Source: Ostreococcus lucimarinus (lineage: Eukaryota). Taken from it: 64,000 nt of DNA. This document shows positions 39,988 through 50,818 of this stretch, piece after piece. Positions within the stretch are counted from its first letter, which is position 1; each line of letters opens with the position of its first letter. The stretch is taken from assembly GCA_000092065.1 (NCBI GenBank), contig CP000592.1; one strand, 5' to 3'. The notes under the pieces are model-generated. The model was not told the DNA's origin. It saw only the letters and a program-made list of their open reading frames with translations, and made no database searches. The position numbers and the translations under genes were made by a program.

Positions 39988-41223
39988 TCACTTCCCCGAC
40001 ATTTCTGCGTTCAATTCAGCAAGCTTTTCTTCTTGTTCCAAAGCCTGCATGCCCCCGATCGCACCCTTGATGTCGCCGTCTAAGAAATTTTGAAGAGAGA
40101 AGTTAGCGCCGATGCGATGGTCCGACACGCGGCTATCTTTCCAGTTGTACGTTCTAATTTTTTCCGACCGAGACCCCGAGCCGACTTGCGATTTACGCTT
40201 GTCCGATACCGCTTTGCGCTGCTCTTCGAGCTGCAACTCAAATAATTTCGCGCGAAGAATTTGCATGGCACGAATGCGATTCTTCATTTGTGTACGTTCT
40301 TCCGTGCAGAACACGCGAATGCCGGTCGGCTTGTGCATCAGGTCGATAGCGGTTTCGACTTTGTTGACGTTTTGCCCACCCGCACCGCCGCTTCTGGCGG
40401 TGGAAATATCGAGGTCATTGTCGTCAATCTTCACCTCGACTTCGTCGACTTCAGGCATCACCGCGACCGTGGCCGTGGAAGTTTGAATGCGTCCTTGAGT
40501 TTCCGTCGCCGGCACGCGCTGCACGCGATGCACACCGGCTTCCCACTTGAGACTGCTGTACACGTCGTCGCCCTTTATCTCCACGACGATTTCCTTATAC
40601 CCGCCGGCGTCCGCCGGGTTGTTCGTCACGACCGACGTTTGCCATCCCTCGCGCTCGGCGAATCGCATATACATTCGATATAAATCCCCAGCCCAAATAC
40701 CAGCCTCATCCCCGCCAGTACCGGCGCGAATCTCGAGCATGATGTTCTTCTCGTCGAGCGGGTCCTTCGGCAGCAGCGCCAACGTCATGGTCTCCACCAG
40801 CGCATCACTCTCCGTCGTCAGCGCATCGATCTCTTCCTTCGCCATCGCCACCATCTCATCATCCCCAGCCGCATCCTTCGCCATCGCGCGCGCCTCGCTA
40901 ATCTCTTTCATGCACTCCTTGTACCGCGCGTACTGCTCCACCACGCTCGTCAGCTCCCCGAGCGCCTTGCTCAGCTTTTGAAACTCCTTCGGATCGCCCG
41001 TCACGCTCGGATCCGCCATGCGCTCGCTGATCTCGCCGTGCGTCCGCGTCGTCGCCTCGAGTTTTTGCACCAGAAACTCCGGAATGTCCACCGCGCGCGT
41101 TCGCACCCCTCGCCGCGTCGTCGTCGTCCCGCGCGCCGGCGCTCGTCCACCGTCCCGAGCGTTTTTCGCGCGCGCGTTCGCGCGCGACGCCGCGTTCGTC
41201 GCCGGCGACGCGCGCGCCATCAT
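39988..41223 (-). CDS. prfA: Organellar peptide chain release factor 1 (PrfA-type) with an N-terminal presequence.
   Basis: [36 protein letters not shown] (GGQ motif) and the RF1 PxT region ([16 protein letters not shown]). ORF trimmed to the [10 protein letters not shown] start. Confidence 0.85.
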   Translation of the reverse strand: MMARASPATNAASRANARAKNARDGGRAPARGTTTTRRGVRTRAVDIPEFLVQKLEATTRTHGEISERMADPSVTGDPKEFQKLSKALGELTSVVEQYARYKECMKEISEARAMAKDAAGDDEMVAMAKEEIDALTTESDALVETMTLALLPKDPLDEKNIMLEIRAGTGGDEAGIWAGDLYRMYMRFAEREGWQTSVVTNNPADAGGYKEIVVEIKGDDVYSSLKWEAGVHRVQRVPATETQGRIQTSTATVAVMPEVDEVEVKIDDNDLDISTARSGGAGGQNVNKVETAIDLMHKPTGIRVFCTEERTQMKNRIRAMQILRAKLFELQLEEQRKAVSDKRKSQVGSGSRSEKIRTYNWKDSRVSDHRIGANFSLQNFLDGDIKGAIGGMQALEQEEKLAELNAEMSGK

Positions 41224-41557
41224 GTCGTCCGCGCGTCGTCGCGCGTTCGATCGAGCGAGCGATCGATCGCGCGCGCGCGTCCGCGAGTGTCGCGGCGCCG
41301 TCGCCCGACGCGCCCTGAGCGCCAAAACCCCGAGCCGTCGCCGTCCCCGACGCGCGCCGTCCTCGAACCCGAGGTCGGGTTCGGGCGATTCGGACGATTC
41401 GGACGGTTGGTTTCGGGCGCGCCGGTGGTTGATGGTTGACCGCGCGCGCGACGCGCGAGAGGACCGCGCGCGGACGACGACGACGGACGCGACGACGACG
41501 CGCGACGACGACGCGAGAAACGACGACGACCGACGGTAAAAGCGCGCGATCGACGAC

Positions 41558-41861
41558 ATGACGCCCGCGGTGACGCGCGAGGACGCGCGCGAGAAAGTCC
41601 CCACGGTGTCGCTCGAACTGTACGCGAAAGATTTCGAAAAGTTTGTCCACGACCTGGGAGAGGCGTACGAGCGATACGGATTCGTCATCTTGGAAAATCA
41701 TGGGATCGATCTGGAACTCATCGAACGCGCGATGGAACGCTCGAAGGCGTTCTTTGCGTGCGATGAGGAATGTAAGAAGAAGTACACGCTGCGCGGGTTG
41801 GGCGGCGCGCGCGGGTACACGGCGTTCGGAGTGGAGACGGCGAAGGGAGCGAACGCGCCTG
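41558..41861 (+). CDS. 2OG-Fe(II) oxygenase (DOXC/IPNS-like), exon 1.
   Basis: MTPAVTRED...[28 protein letters not shown]...[11 protein letters not shown] plus G. GTGCGT donor at 41862. Confidence 0.75.
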
Positions 41862-41990
41862 GTGCGTGAAGGCGATGCGAAAAGTGATACTTTTTTGTTT
41901 TGATGCGTCGCGCTATAGCGCGTGTGATGGATTCGACGACGCGATTCGTTTGACTGACGCGAAGGATAACGTCGCCTCTCGCGCGCGCAG

Positions 41991-42658
41991 ATTTGAAAGA
42001 GTTTTGGCACCTCGGGCGAGACTTGCCGGCGGGCCATAAGTACGAGTCGACGATGCCGCCGAATGTGGATGACGTGGTGGAAGTCGAAGGGTTTAGCGAA
42101 GTGAATAAGCAAATCTTCAACGCTCTAGATGAGCTCGGGAATTGCGTGCTCGAGGCGCTGGCGGTGCATCTGGAACAACCGCGCGAGTATTTCGCAGATA
42201 AGACGAACGAAGGCAACAGTATTTTGCGTATCATTCACTATCCACCAATTCCGCCTGATGCTGCGGGGCGCGTGCGCGCTGGTGCGCACGAGGATATCAA
42301 TCTCATCACGCTCCTGCTCGGCGCCGACGAGGGTGGTTTGCAACTCTTGGGAAAGGATGGAGAGTGGCTCGAAGTCAACCCGCCTCCCGGATGCGTGACG
42401 TGCAACATCGGTGACATGCTGCAACGCCTGTCGAATCACAAGCTTCCTTCGACGACGCACCGTGTCGTGAATCCTCCCGCGGAACGGGCGCACATTCCTC
42501 GATATTCCATGCCATTCTTTTTACATCCAAATCCAGACTTCGTCATCAAAACGCTGGAGTCGTGCATTTCGGATCAGTATCCCAATCGCTATCCAGAGCC
42601 CATTAGCTCTGATGAATACTTGCAGCAACGCCTTCGAGAGATTAAACTCAAATCATGA
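41991..42658 (+). CDS. 2OG-Fe(II) oxygenase exon 2. The 129-nt intron is 41862..41990 (TGACTGAC branch, CAG acceptor).
   Basis: The join G|AT gives D, then LKEFWHLGRD...RAGAHEDINLITLLL (the HxD motif)...NHKLPSTTHRVVNP (His and RxS). Confidence 0.75.
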
Positions 42659-42764
42659 GTCCAAACGGATACATTTAGCACGCTGAACGATGCACATAGA
42701 AATAATAGCGCTACGACAAAATTTCATTTTGTAATGATGATGGTACATTGATCACACATTATCA

Positions 42765-43424
42765 CTAGTTCACGAGGTGTGCCGCGATCGTATCGTCTTC
42801 GATGATAAGATTTTCCATTTGCGGTGTCTCGTCGGCTTCTATAGCGCGGCAGATGTGAGTTTTGATGTCAAACTCATCGAGAAATTCATGAACCGTGAAG
42901 AGAAACTTCCTAGCATTTGCGACGATGCGAGTAAGACATTTGTCCATATTCACCGTATTCGGCTCTGCGTTCTCGAGAAGCTCGTAAGTGATGCGCGCGA
43001 TCGCGTTGACGACTGCGCTTTCGTCATAATCTTTGATTTCGAGATCGCTCGCGCTCTTTCCTTCGCCGCTGCCTACGACAGTTTGCAGGTCACTGAATAC
43101 TCTTTCGACGCCCTCTTCCGAAGAACACACATACGACGTCCAACGGTGAGAACTCCTGAGTGACTTCAGCACGCAGTCAATTTTTTTCGATGTATTTTCT
43201 AGCACGAGCAACGTGGAAGACTCGTATCGAATCATCAATCCTGTGTTTCCACAAACGTCTGTGACGCGCGCCTCGAGAGACTCGGATTCCCCGGAATCGT
43301 CCTCTATCGACTGACAAAACAGGAACACTCGGCACAAATAATCTGCAGGGTCTGAGCTAGCGTTGCGCTCTAGTCTTTCTTTCGCCGCCAGAATCACCGC
43401 AGGATCGCAATCGAACGATACCAT
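42765..43424 (-). CDS. Hypothetical protein of 219 aa with no recognised family.
   Basis: Non-repetitive ORF at about 50% GC with balanced composition (MVSFDCDPAVILAAKERLERNASSDPADYLCRVFLFCQSIEDD...). Confidence 0.5.
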   Translation of the reverse strand: MVSFDCDPAVILAAKERLERNASSDPADYLCRVFLFCQSIEDDSGESESLEARVTDVCGNTGLMIRYESSTLLVLENTSKKIDCVLKSLRSSHRWTSYVCSSEEGVERVFSDLQTVVGSGEGKSASDLEIKDYDESAVVNAIARITYELLENAEPNTVNMDKCLTRIVANARKFLFTVHEFLDEFDIKTHICRAIEADETPQMENLIIEDDTIAAHLVN

Positions 43425-43466
43425 GATGGTTTCGCTAAAAATAAATCCAACGCCGCAGCAGCACGT

Positions 43467-44255
43467 TTAACGCGGAATGATGAAGAGTCTTTCGCTCGGT
43501 TTACGATTCTTCAGCGAGTGAAAGTAATACACGTCTCCTTGTATCGCGCCAAAATCACCTTCAAACGTCGTGTGAAGCTCTGGGACAGTAAGAAGTTCTC
43601 GCAAGGACTCGCTCGAAGTGTCCAACCAAGCCAACAACGCGCAGGAGTCCAGAGATAACCAAAGCACGTTGCGTTGGCTCATGCCTTTTTCGTCCAAACA
43701 CAATGTGGAGTCGCATTGGCATTTTCCTAGATCAATGGGGAAGTTTTCATCGTCCTTCGCCGGATACTCTTTCGCGTGAAACAAGATTCCGAGTCGAACC
43801 ACAGACGACTCGTTCGTCGCCCGCCAAGCAAACGCGTGCGCATGAAACAGATCGAACCGATTTAGCGACGTCGAGGAAGACGATGACGCTGTTTCAAATA
43901 ATTCGACCATGTAAGCGTTGCTCTTGCGATCGCGCATCCGTCGTCCGTATCGTTCTTGCGTCAACTCGCACCCTCGACTCGCCGCGTTCTCGACATTTGG
44001 CACCGCGCGGTGGCGCCAATGCAGCCCATCACCCCATACCCCGGGCGCACGTACCATCGCGCACGGCGCCGGAGGCACACGCACAATCTTTCGCACGCCC
44101 TCGATGTCGTTCGTTCCTCGCGCGAGCGCATCCAACAGCTTTTGCGCGCTCGAGCGCCGTCGCTCTTCGCTCGACCCATCGGCGCGCGCACCGCGGACGC
44201 GCACGACGCGCGCGCGCGGCTTCACCGAAATCCACGTGGATATCGTCATTTGCAT
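43467..44255 (-). CDS. Hypothetical protein of about 263 aa. The upstream part of ORF 43467..44597 is S-rich and overlaps the F-box gene region.
   Basis: C-terminal two-thirds is protein-like (…NAYMVELFETASS…LGILFHAKEYPAKDDENFPIDLGKCQCDSTLCLDEKG…GDVYYFHSLKNRKPSERLFIIPR). Start set at MQMTISTW. Confidence 0.4.
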   Translation of the reverse strand: MQMTISTWISVKPRARVVRVRGARADGSSEERRRSSAQKLLDALARGTNDIEGVRKIVRVPPAPCAMVRAPGVWGDGLHWRHRAVPNVENAASRGCELTQERYGRRMRDRKSNAYMVELFETASSSSSTSLNRFDLFHAHAFAWRATNESSVVRLGILFHAKEYPAKDDENFPIDLGKCQCDSTLCLDEKGMSQRNVLWLSLDSCALLAWLDTSSESLRELLTVPELHTTFEGDFGAIQGDVYYFHSLKNRKPSERLFIIPR

Positions 44256-44263
44256 GGACTTTC

Positions 44264-44293
44264 GCGGCGCGGCGCGGCGCGGCGCGGCGCGGT
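44264..44293. repeat. (CGCGG)6 pentanucleotide repeat, 9 nt upstream of the minus-strand ATG at 44255.
   Basis: Sequence cgcggcgcggcgcggcgcggcgcggcgcgg. Confidence 0.9.
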
Positions 44294-44391
44294 TACTTCG
44301 TCGGTTCCATCGCGCGTCGGCGTGTACTGATGTAACGACCGCGCTCGCGGAGCGCCACTCGCGGTCGTGCGACGACGTGGCGTCGCGAGCG

Positions 44392-45282
44392 ATGGAGACG
44401 AGCGCGACGGACGGCGACGGCGACGATGACGACGACTTGGAGGCCGAAATCACGCGCATGATGCTAGAACGACGCGACGATGACGGCGAGAACGCGAAGA
44501 AGCGACCGAGAGTCAGTCGTGCTGCCGACGAAGGCGCGGTCGAGGAGGCAGAGGCTGGGCCTTTTTCGACGCTGCACGACGACGTCGTGTCGCTCATCCT
44601 GCGCTTCCTCGCACCGAACGAATTAACTTCCCTCGCGCAGACGTGTAAATTTTTCGCTGCGCGCTGCGATCAAGACTTCCTATGGAGGCAGTGCTACTTG
44701 GAGAGGTTCGGGAACACAAAGCAGGCGCAAGGAAACGGGATGAAGAAGCTATATCTTGCGGCGGACGCGATGGAAATCAATAGAGAACGTACAAAAGCGC
44801 CCGCAGGCTTCGAGAAAATATGCGCCGAGGCTTGCGCGGCGAAGCGTTCACGCCAAAATGCAGTCCTCGCACCTTTGTGTGAACAGCTAGCGACGGACCG
44901 CGCCGCGAGCGAATGGAAGTCACATAGACAATTTGCCACCGACGCCGACTCGCACGTGTGCAGTCGCCGCGCTGGTTGTTCATACGCCGAATTACCGAGT
45001 AATGTGTTCGTCTGTGAACGCACGGGTAAGGTGCACGTGTGCGATGACACATGTTCAGAGCGCTACTTGGATACTGAAATCGGTACCGAGATATGCGAGG
45101 TTTCTGGGCGAGTCCTGGACACCGTTGCCGCGGATGACGAAGATGAAGATCCACAAGCTGCTGCAGAGCAAGACCAGCATTACTTCGAAAAAGGTTACTT
45201 CGGTCGTGCTTTCGAAGTTGGTTACGGCTGCGACAATGAAGCAGAACTCGCGACGGCGCTCTGGGGAGGCCGACGCTATTGA
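44392..45282 (+). CDS. F-box protein with a C-terminal Cys/His-rich region.
   Basis: F-box: LHDDVVSLILRFLAPNELTSLAQTCKFFAARCDQDFLWRQCY. C-terminus: HVCSRRAGCSYAEL...CERTGKVHVCDDTCSERY. Start chosen as METSATDGD. ORF 43918 upstream overlaps the minus-strand gene. Confidence 0.65.
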   Translation: METSATDGDGDDDDDLEAEITRMMLERRDDDGENAKKRPRVSRAADEGAVEEAEAGPFSTLHDDVVSLILRFLAPNELTSLAQTCKFFAARCDQDFLWRQCYLERFGNTKQAQGNGMKKLYLAADAMEINRERTKAPAGFEKICAEACAAKRSRQNAVLAPLCEQLATDRAASEWKSHRQFATDADSHVCSRRAGCSYAELPSNVFVCERTGKVHVCDDTCSERYLDTEIGTEICEVSGRVLDTVAADDEDEDPQAAAEQDQHYFEKGYFGRAFEVGYGCDNEAELATALWGGRRY

Positions 45283-45515
45283 CAAATTCCTAGTCGCATT
45301 AGGTTTAGAGTTTAGCAAAAAGAACTGCAAAAAATCATTTCTTTCGTTTAATCGCGTTTCCTCGAGATCTCTCGGCGCGTTCGGACACGAGCGCACGGTT
45401 CGCGAAACAACGACAGCCGCGCGCAAATTCAAAACTCTTCACAACCCAGCGCATGCACGCGCGGTGTTTGCGCGTGCCTTACTCGTTCATCCACCCTCGT
45501 CGCTCGTCGTCGGTC

Positions 45516-46424
45516 ATGAGTGACTTAAAGCGCAAAGAGCGTCCAATCACGAGCTTTTTCAAGCCCGTCAACGCGCGCGCGAGCGGGGCGGACGAGAACA
45601 CGTCCGATGGCGTGGCTCAAGATGTGAAAAAGTTGAAGGAAAACATGCCGGTGATCGCGGCGACGCCCACGGACGTCGTCAAGACGCCGATGACGACGAG
45701 TGGGGTGTCATCACCGTCGCAGCACGCCTACGCGAGTTTGCTCAAAGATGAACAATGGCGAAAGGTCCTCGCCCAAGAGTTCACCAAGCCGTATTGGGAT
45801 AAACTGGAAAAATTTTTAGAGAGCGAAGAAAAGGCGCGCGCCAAGATTTTCCCACCGAAGCAGCATGTGTTTCGTGCGTTCGATTCATGCGCGATGGAAG
45901 ACGTTAAGGTGGTGATCATCGGTCAAGATCCCTATCACGACGATGGACAAGCGATGGGATTGTGCTTTTCCGTGCCGAGGGGCGTCAAGGTACCGTCGAG
46001 TTTGCACAATATTTATAAGGAGTTGAAATCGGATTTGAACTGTAAGATCCCGATGCACGGAGATTTGGATAAGTGGGCGAAACAAGGGGTGTTCTTGTTA
46101 AACGTGTCTCTCACTGTTCGAGCGCATCAAGCGAACAGTCACTCCAAGAAGGGTTGGGAAAATTTCACAGACGCGGCGATTCGCGAAATTGCGAAAAATA
46201 GAAAAGGTTTGGTATTTTTACTGTGGGGAAAGAATGCGCAAGAGAAGGAAAAGTTGATCTCTAAGCAAAACAATCATTTGATTCTCAAGTGTCCGCATCC
46301 GTCTGGTTTGTCGGCGCACAGAGGTTTCTTCGGCTCAAAGCACTTTTCTCAGTGCAACAAATTTATCGAATCGAACGGCGGCGAACCAATCGATTGGCAA
46401 ATCGAGGGACCGTACAGGAATTAA
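45516..46424 (+). CDS. UNG: Uracil-DNA glycosylase (family 1 UNG) with an N-terminal PIP-box-like motif.
   Basis: VVIIGQDPYHDDGQAMGLCFSV (water-activating Asp), HPSGLSAHRGFFG (His), and N-terminal RPITSFFKP resembling the UNG2 PCNA-binding QxxLxxFF. Confidence 0.9.
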   Translation: MSDLKRKERPITSFFKPVNARASGADENTSDGVAQDVKKLKENMPVIAATPTDVVKTPMTTSGVSSPSQHAYASLLKDEQWRKVLAQEFTKPYWDKLEKFLESEEKARAKIFPPKQHVFRAFDSCAMEDVKVVIIGQDPYHDDGQAMGLCFSVPRGVKVPSSLHNIYKELKSDLNCKIPMHGDLDKWAKQGVFLLNVSLTVRAHQANSHSKKGWENFTDAAIREIAKNRKGLVFLLWGKNAQEKEKLISKQNNHLILKCPHPSGLSAHRGFFGSKHFSQCNKFIESNGGEPIDWQIEGPYRN

Positions 46425-46460
46425 GGCTTGTTTGTAATGTTGTTTTAATTCACATATTCG

Positions 46461-47505
46461 CTATCGTTCGACTAATTTTGTTATCGTCTCAACTACTTCG
46501 TTGAGTGTGTGCGACACGCTTATTACGTTTGCATTCCAGACAGAGACGGGATCGTCGTGAGACGGCGACACGTTGTCAAAGTACACAAAACGATCAACTT
46601 GGTCTATGTATCCTTGCACACGCTGATCGTAGATCAACTTCGCCGCCAACTTCTCTGCCTCAGCATCACTCACACCCAAAATTTCCCCAAGATGATCGAA
46701 ACTTATGTTCTCGTATGCATACTTCATGCTCTCTAAATTGTGTTCCATAATAGCCTGCTCAAACGCAGACACGCCGTCGGCGCGAACTTCGACATGATGC
46801 GGACTTAGGAAGGTCTGGAATTCTTTCGCTTCATCTGCTCTGATGATGCGTCTGAATTCAATCTTCTCAAGAAACGGGTAAACGGGTAATTCTCTCACGT
46901 TCGTATCTAGCCGAAACGAACGAAGCAAACGATCTCTCTGAACAGAGGAGGAAAGAATCGCACACACAACTGCGCGCGTCATCGTTCCTGCGTCGCTTTG
47001 ATTTTCTAGTCGAGACATTTCGGTATAGCGCAACGCAGCATCCATAAACTTGCCCACTCTATCAGAAACTTTTGCCCAGCACGCATGGTATTCATGCAGC
47101 AGCTCGGGCTTTTTTTGAAGCTCAGCCGGCAGCTGCGAGAGCAACGCGTGCGTCTTGTTTACGTGCTTCTCTGCCTTGTCCAATTCATTCGCTTCCAAGT
47201 ACATGTTCGCGGTTTCAAGCGTTATCTTGAGCTTGTACTCACCCGAACCCGCACTTGAGGGTTGCACTTCGATTCCCGCCAGCACGTCAGCGGCCTCGGA
47301 CCAATTCTTTGCCTCAGCTAACCGTCTCGCCAACGCCTCACGCACCGGCCACACACTCTCCTCAAACGATACCAGTCGCGGTTGCGTCTTCGCCAACACC
47401 GCCGCCGCCAATCTCTTATGCGTCGTCGCATCTAAATTTATGAAAGTTTTCGACACTTGTGCTATGATCTCTCGCGATATCGCCAGCGGTACGCTATCCG
47501 AAACG
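46461..47505 (-). CDS. CSN4: COP9 signalosome subunit 4 (CSN4, PCI domain), exon 2.
   Basis: RLVSFEESVWPVREALARRLAEAKNWSEAADVLAGIEVQ and AIMEHNLESMKYAYENISFDHLGEILGV align with CSN4. Confidence 0.8.
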
Positions 47506-47651
47506 ACTACTCGTCGAAGAATCAATCGATTGGTTACGCGCCGTCGTCAGTCTCCGGTCTCCGTTCGCGTCCCGTCCCGTCGCGTCCCGTCGCGTCGCAT
47601 CGCGTCGCGTCGCGTCGCGTCATCGCGTCGTCGCGTCGTTATCGCACGCAC

Positions 47652-47820
47652 TGTGATCCATGAACGCCTCGAATCCGTCCTCGACGTCCATCGAGGTCGA
47701 CGTCGTCTCGACCGATGCCATCACCTCTCGCGCCAACGCTTCGTACGCCCTTTGACGCGCCGCGGAATCGTGTTCGAGCGTGATGGCGCGCAGGCGATCA
47801 TCGAGCGACATCGACGTCAT
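47652..47820 (-). CDS. CSN4: CSN4 exon 1 (MTSMSLDDRLRAITLEHDSAARQRAYEALAREVMASVETTSTSMDVEDGFEAFMDH plus A). The 146-nt intron 47506..47651 has a GTGCGT donor, a GAGACTGAC branch and a TAG acceptor.
   Basis: The join A|TC gives I, then VSDSVPLAISREII, restoring the CSN4 pattern (...EAMVNENVSLVISRQLL). The intron contains a (CGCGTC)n repeat. Confidence 0.65.
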
Positions 47821-47868
47821 CCACCTCGCGCGTCCTCGCGCGCGTCGCGCGCGCGTGTGTCGGGACGC

Positions 47869-47925
47869 GTTCGATTCGATTCGATTCGATTCCGGTTCGG
47901 TTCGGTTCGGTTCGGTTCGGTCTGT
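47869..47925. repeat. Compound pentanucleotide microsatellite (CGATT) with about 5 units followed by (CGGTT) with about 6 units, 50-105 nt upstream of the CSN4 ATG.
   Basis: Sequence gttcgattcgattcgattcgattccggttcggttcggttcggttcggttcggtc. Confidence 0.9.
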
Positions 47926-48214
47926 CGGTCCGACGCCGCGGCGTTCCCAGAGCGCGACGGGCGACGGGCGACGGGCGAGCGCGCGAGCGAGGCGCGCGAG
48001 CGAGTCAAACGCGCGTCTCGCGCGTCGCGCCCGTCGCGCGTCGAACGCGATGCCGCGCGCGCGGTCGTCGCGCGTCGAACGCGCGACGCGGTCGTTTAAA
48101 GATGACGAGCCGCGGGGACGTCGAGAGGGATCGGAGGCGAACGAGCGCGGCGACGAGACGCGCGAGGGCGAGAAACGACGATGGAGTCGAAGATTTCAAA
48201 GCGCGTCGCGCGCG

Positions 48215-50578
48215 ATGGTGATGGTAATCGCCCTGACGTGCGCGCTCGAGACGCCGAGAGGAGCGCGCGCGGGGAACGCGTTCGCCAGGCAAACGCCGGT
48301 CGGGGACTTGGGATTCCTCGGCGTGCCGGGACCGCCGGGAAGAAGCGGACACAAGGCGGTGGTGACGGATGATTCGCAAATGTTCATCTTCGGCGGACGC
48401 GCGAAGTCGACGAACGGGGATTTTTTGAACGACTTTTGGATGTACGACTGGGAGACGGGCTCGTGGGTGGCGTACACGCCAAACGAATTGTTGTGCGATC
48501 AGTGTTCAACGTGTCAGGACACGGGAGCAACGTGTTACGATTGGACGGGATTGCGACCTTATAGCGAGCCGACGCTGAAGGAAGGGAAAAATAGGAAGGA
48601 GCGTTCGATACCGAGCGGGCGAATCCATCACGGGATGGCGCTCACGCTCAACCGCGAGACTGGGATTCGGGATACCATCATCATGTATGGAGGCGAGAGC
48701 ATCGATTGCACTGATTACTGCGACGATGTTTGGCACTACAATATTCCGAACAATCTATGGAGCAAAAGATCCTTCACCGGACAGGAACAGCGACCCGTGA
48801 GACGATGGAAGCACGCCATGACGGATTACTACGACGCTGTCTTCTTATTTGGAGGACACTCGCAAAGATTACTCTCGACGACTGCGAATGCGGCGAACCA
48901 GACCAACGATACATCGTTTTATTACGACACTGATGTCGTTTATGACGGCACTAGGCCGTTATTCATGGAAGATCTTTGGGTTTACAACGCTACGAATCGC
49001 CAGTGGGAGTACCTCGAGCCTTCATGCACGACGTGTTCTAGTACCACGACAGAGAGTGACGGTACGGCGGACCGAGATTTATACGGCCCTCGTGGCCGAA
49101 CTGGTGCAAGCCTGGTGAGCTATGAAGACTCTTTGTACCTTTTTGGCGGCTACTCCTATGGAGGTGAATCAAACTTCAAAGAGCTGTATCCCGTACCCAA
49201 GAATGAAACGATCCGTCAGTTGCTGTACCCATCGCTGGAGAGTAAGTATTTTCTTAACGACCTTTGGCGGTACGACATTTTGACAAACTCTTGGACTGAG
49301 TTAATGCCGAGAACAAATTACACTGCGAAACCTGAGCGGAGGCACGGACATTCTGCCACAGTTGTGTTGAAAGATTCTGTCGCGGTGATGCTCATTCAGG
49401 GAGGTCGCACGTGGGAAGACGAAATCGGAGATATGTGGCAGTATAACATTTCATCCAACGTGTGGACTGAGATCGTTCCAGAAGGTGATTATCCCTCACG
49501 ACGAGAAGGATCGACAATGGTCTCTGTTGGTCAGACTTCGACATTTAGATCTGGTTCATCACGTCAGGCTGGTCGCGCGTTGATATTCGGAGGTCATGGT
49601 TGTCTGAAAGGCAAGACATATGCTGAAGCTGTGGCCGCTGCAGCCGCTGCAAGTACGGGTACGGTCGGTAGAACATATGTGGACGATCTTTCTGGGGTGA
49701 CTGTGGACTGGCAAAGCAAGTATAGTGTAACTACGACGGGTAAGCTTGTGATAAACGGCGTGACGATGGAAGACGCCAGCGATCCTACATTTTTGGCTGT
49801 TGAAGATGGAACAACACAAGTGCAAACAGTCACGAGCTATGGTGAGACGGTTTGTACTGAAGAACTCAGTGATCTTTGGCAGTATCTTCCAGATGAATGC
49901 CCGAACGATTGCAGTCGATCTGGTACGTGTAGCTTCAACACGTGCATGTGCTCAAAAGGGTATTACGGCAACGATTGCTCGTTGCCAGAGTGTCCTCAGT
50001 CAAATTGCACATTTGATAGCGTTGGACGTAAAATGGTGTGTAATCACTGCAGTGGCCGAGGTGAGTGTAGTAACGGTGTGTGCGTGAACTGCGCTTACCC
50101 GTCGAGTGGCACCTATTGCGAAATTAAAGTTGGTTTGTGTACGACATGCGAGTGTTACGAAGACAACGGTGAAGAACCCCCGGAGGGCTTGGACTGTGGT
50201 TTGGTGTTGGTTTGCCCGAAGAATCCTTCTGTTCCAAGTTCTGCAGAGTGCTCGGGCAACGGTATTTGTGTAGAAGGCGTGTGTAACTGCTATCCTGGGT
50301 TCACTGAAAGCATGGTGGTTACTCGAGTCGGCGACGCTCGATTTCCTGCCAATCTCGACGTGAATGGCACAGTTGTTCCCGCCCCAGAATGCGGTTATGA
50401 TGAGACGGCGCCCAACAAGTACAACAAAGCTCTAGTGACAGATGCGTGTATACCGACGTACATCAAAGATTGTGGTGACTTTCTGTACGAGATGGCGGGT
50501 TCAAGAAGGACTGCTGGACTCGGCGTCGCCGCACTCATAGCGATACTGACGTTTCAAGCATTGGTCGACCTCGGGTAA
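48215..50578 (+). CDS. Type I membrane protein with a signal peptide, Kelch-repeat beta-propeller and EGF/tenascin-like Cys-rich repeats (attractin/MEGF-like).
   Basis: Signal peptide MVMVIALTCALETPRGARA. Kelch-type repeats (GHKAVVTDDSQMFIFGG, HHGMALT...IIMYGG, RWKHAMTD...VFLFGG, HGHSATVV). Cys-rich repeats CSRSGTCSFNTCMCSKGYYGNDC.. and CSGNGICVEGVCNCYPGF. C-terminal TM: AGLGVAALIAILTFQALV. Confidence 0.75.
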   Translation: MVMVIALTCALETPRGARAGNAFARQTPVGDLGFLGVPGPPGRSGHKAVVTDDSQMFIFGGRAKSTNGDFLNDFWMYDWETGSWVAYTPNELLCDQCSTCQDTGATCYDWTGLRPYSEPTLKEGKNRKERSIPSGRIHHGMALTLNRETGIRDTIIMYGGESIDCTDYCDDVWHYNIPNNLWSKRSFTGQEQRPVRRWKHAMTDYYDAVFLFGGHSQRLLSTTANAANQTNDTSFYYDTDVVYDGTRPLFMEDLWVYNATNRQWEYLEPSCTTCSSTTTESDGTADRDLYGPRGRTGASLVSYEDSLYLFGGYSYGGESNFKELYPVPKNETIRQLLYPSLESKYFLNDLWRYDILTNSWTELMPRTNYTAKPERRHGHSATVVLKDSVAVMLIQGGRTWEDEIGDMWQYNISSNVWTEIVPEGDYPSRREGSTMVSVGQTSTFRSGSSRQAGRALIFGGHGCLKGKTYAEAVAAAAAASTGTVGRTYVDDLSGVTVDWQSKYSVTTTGKLVINGVTMEDASDPTFLAVEDGTTQVQTVTSYGETVCTEELSDLWQYLPDECPNDCSRSGTCSFNTCMCSKGYYGNDCSLPECPQSNCTFDSVGRKMVCNHCSGRGECSNGVCVNCAYPSSGTYCEIKVGLCTTCECYEDNGEEPPEGLDCGLVLVCPKNPSVPSSAECSGNGICVEGVCNCYPGFTESMVVTRVGDARFPANLDVNGTVVPAPECGYDETAPNKYNKALVTDACIPTYIKDCGDFLYEMAGSRRTAGLGVAALIAILTFQALVDLG

Positions 50579-50818
50579 ATCATTACTACTAGAAGCTAGC
50601 AAACCATAATGTGATGAATTCTCGAAACTTAGAAGATTTTGACCCCTGCACGAGGGAGATTCGTCGTGCACGTCGCAGCGACCCGCTCGAGACAAAGATT
50701 GCCTAGCACCAAAGCAACAGACGTCACAGTGTGAGGGGCGGCGAAGCGCTAGCGCCGCGTGTGTGACTCGATAAAGACGAAAGAGTCGGTCTCGCACAGT
50801 CCTTAGCCTCACGCTGCG

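Noticed and set aside
42730-42764. A C-box-like tgtaATGATGAtgg near the 2OG-oxygenase 3' end.
   Set aside because: No downstream CTGA D box and no terminal stem on either strand. It also abuts the stop codon of the minus-strand gene at 42765.
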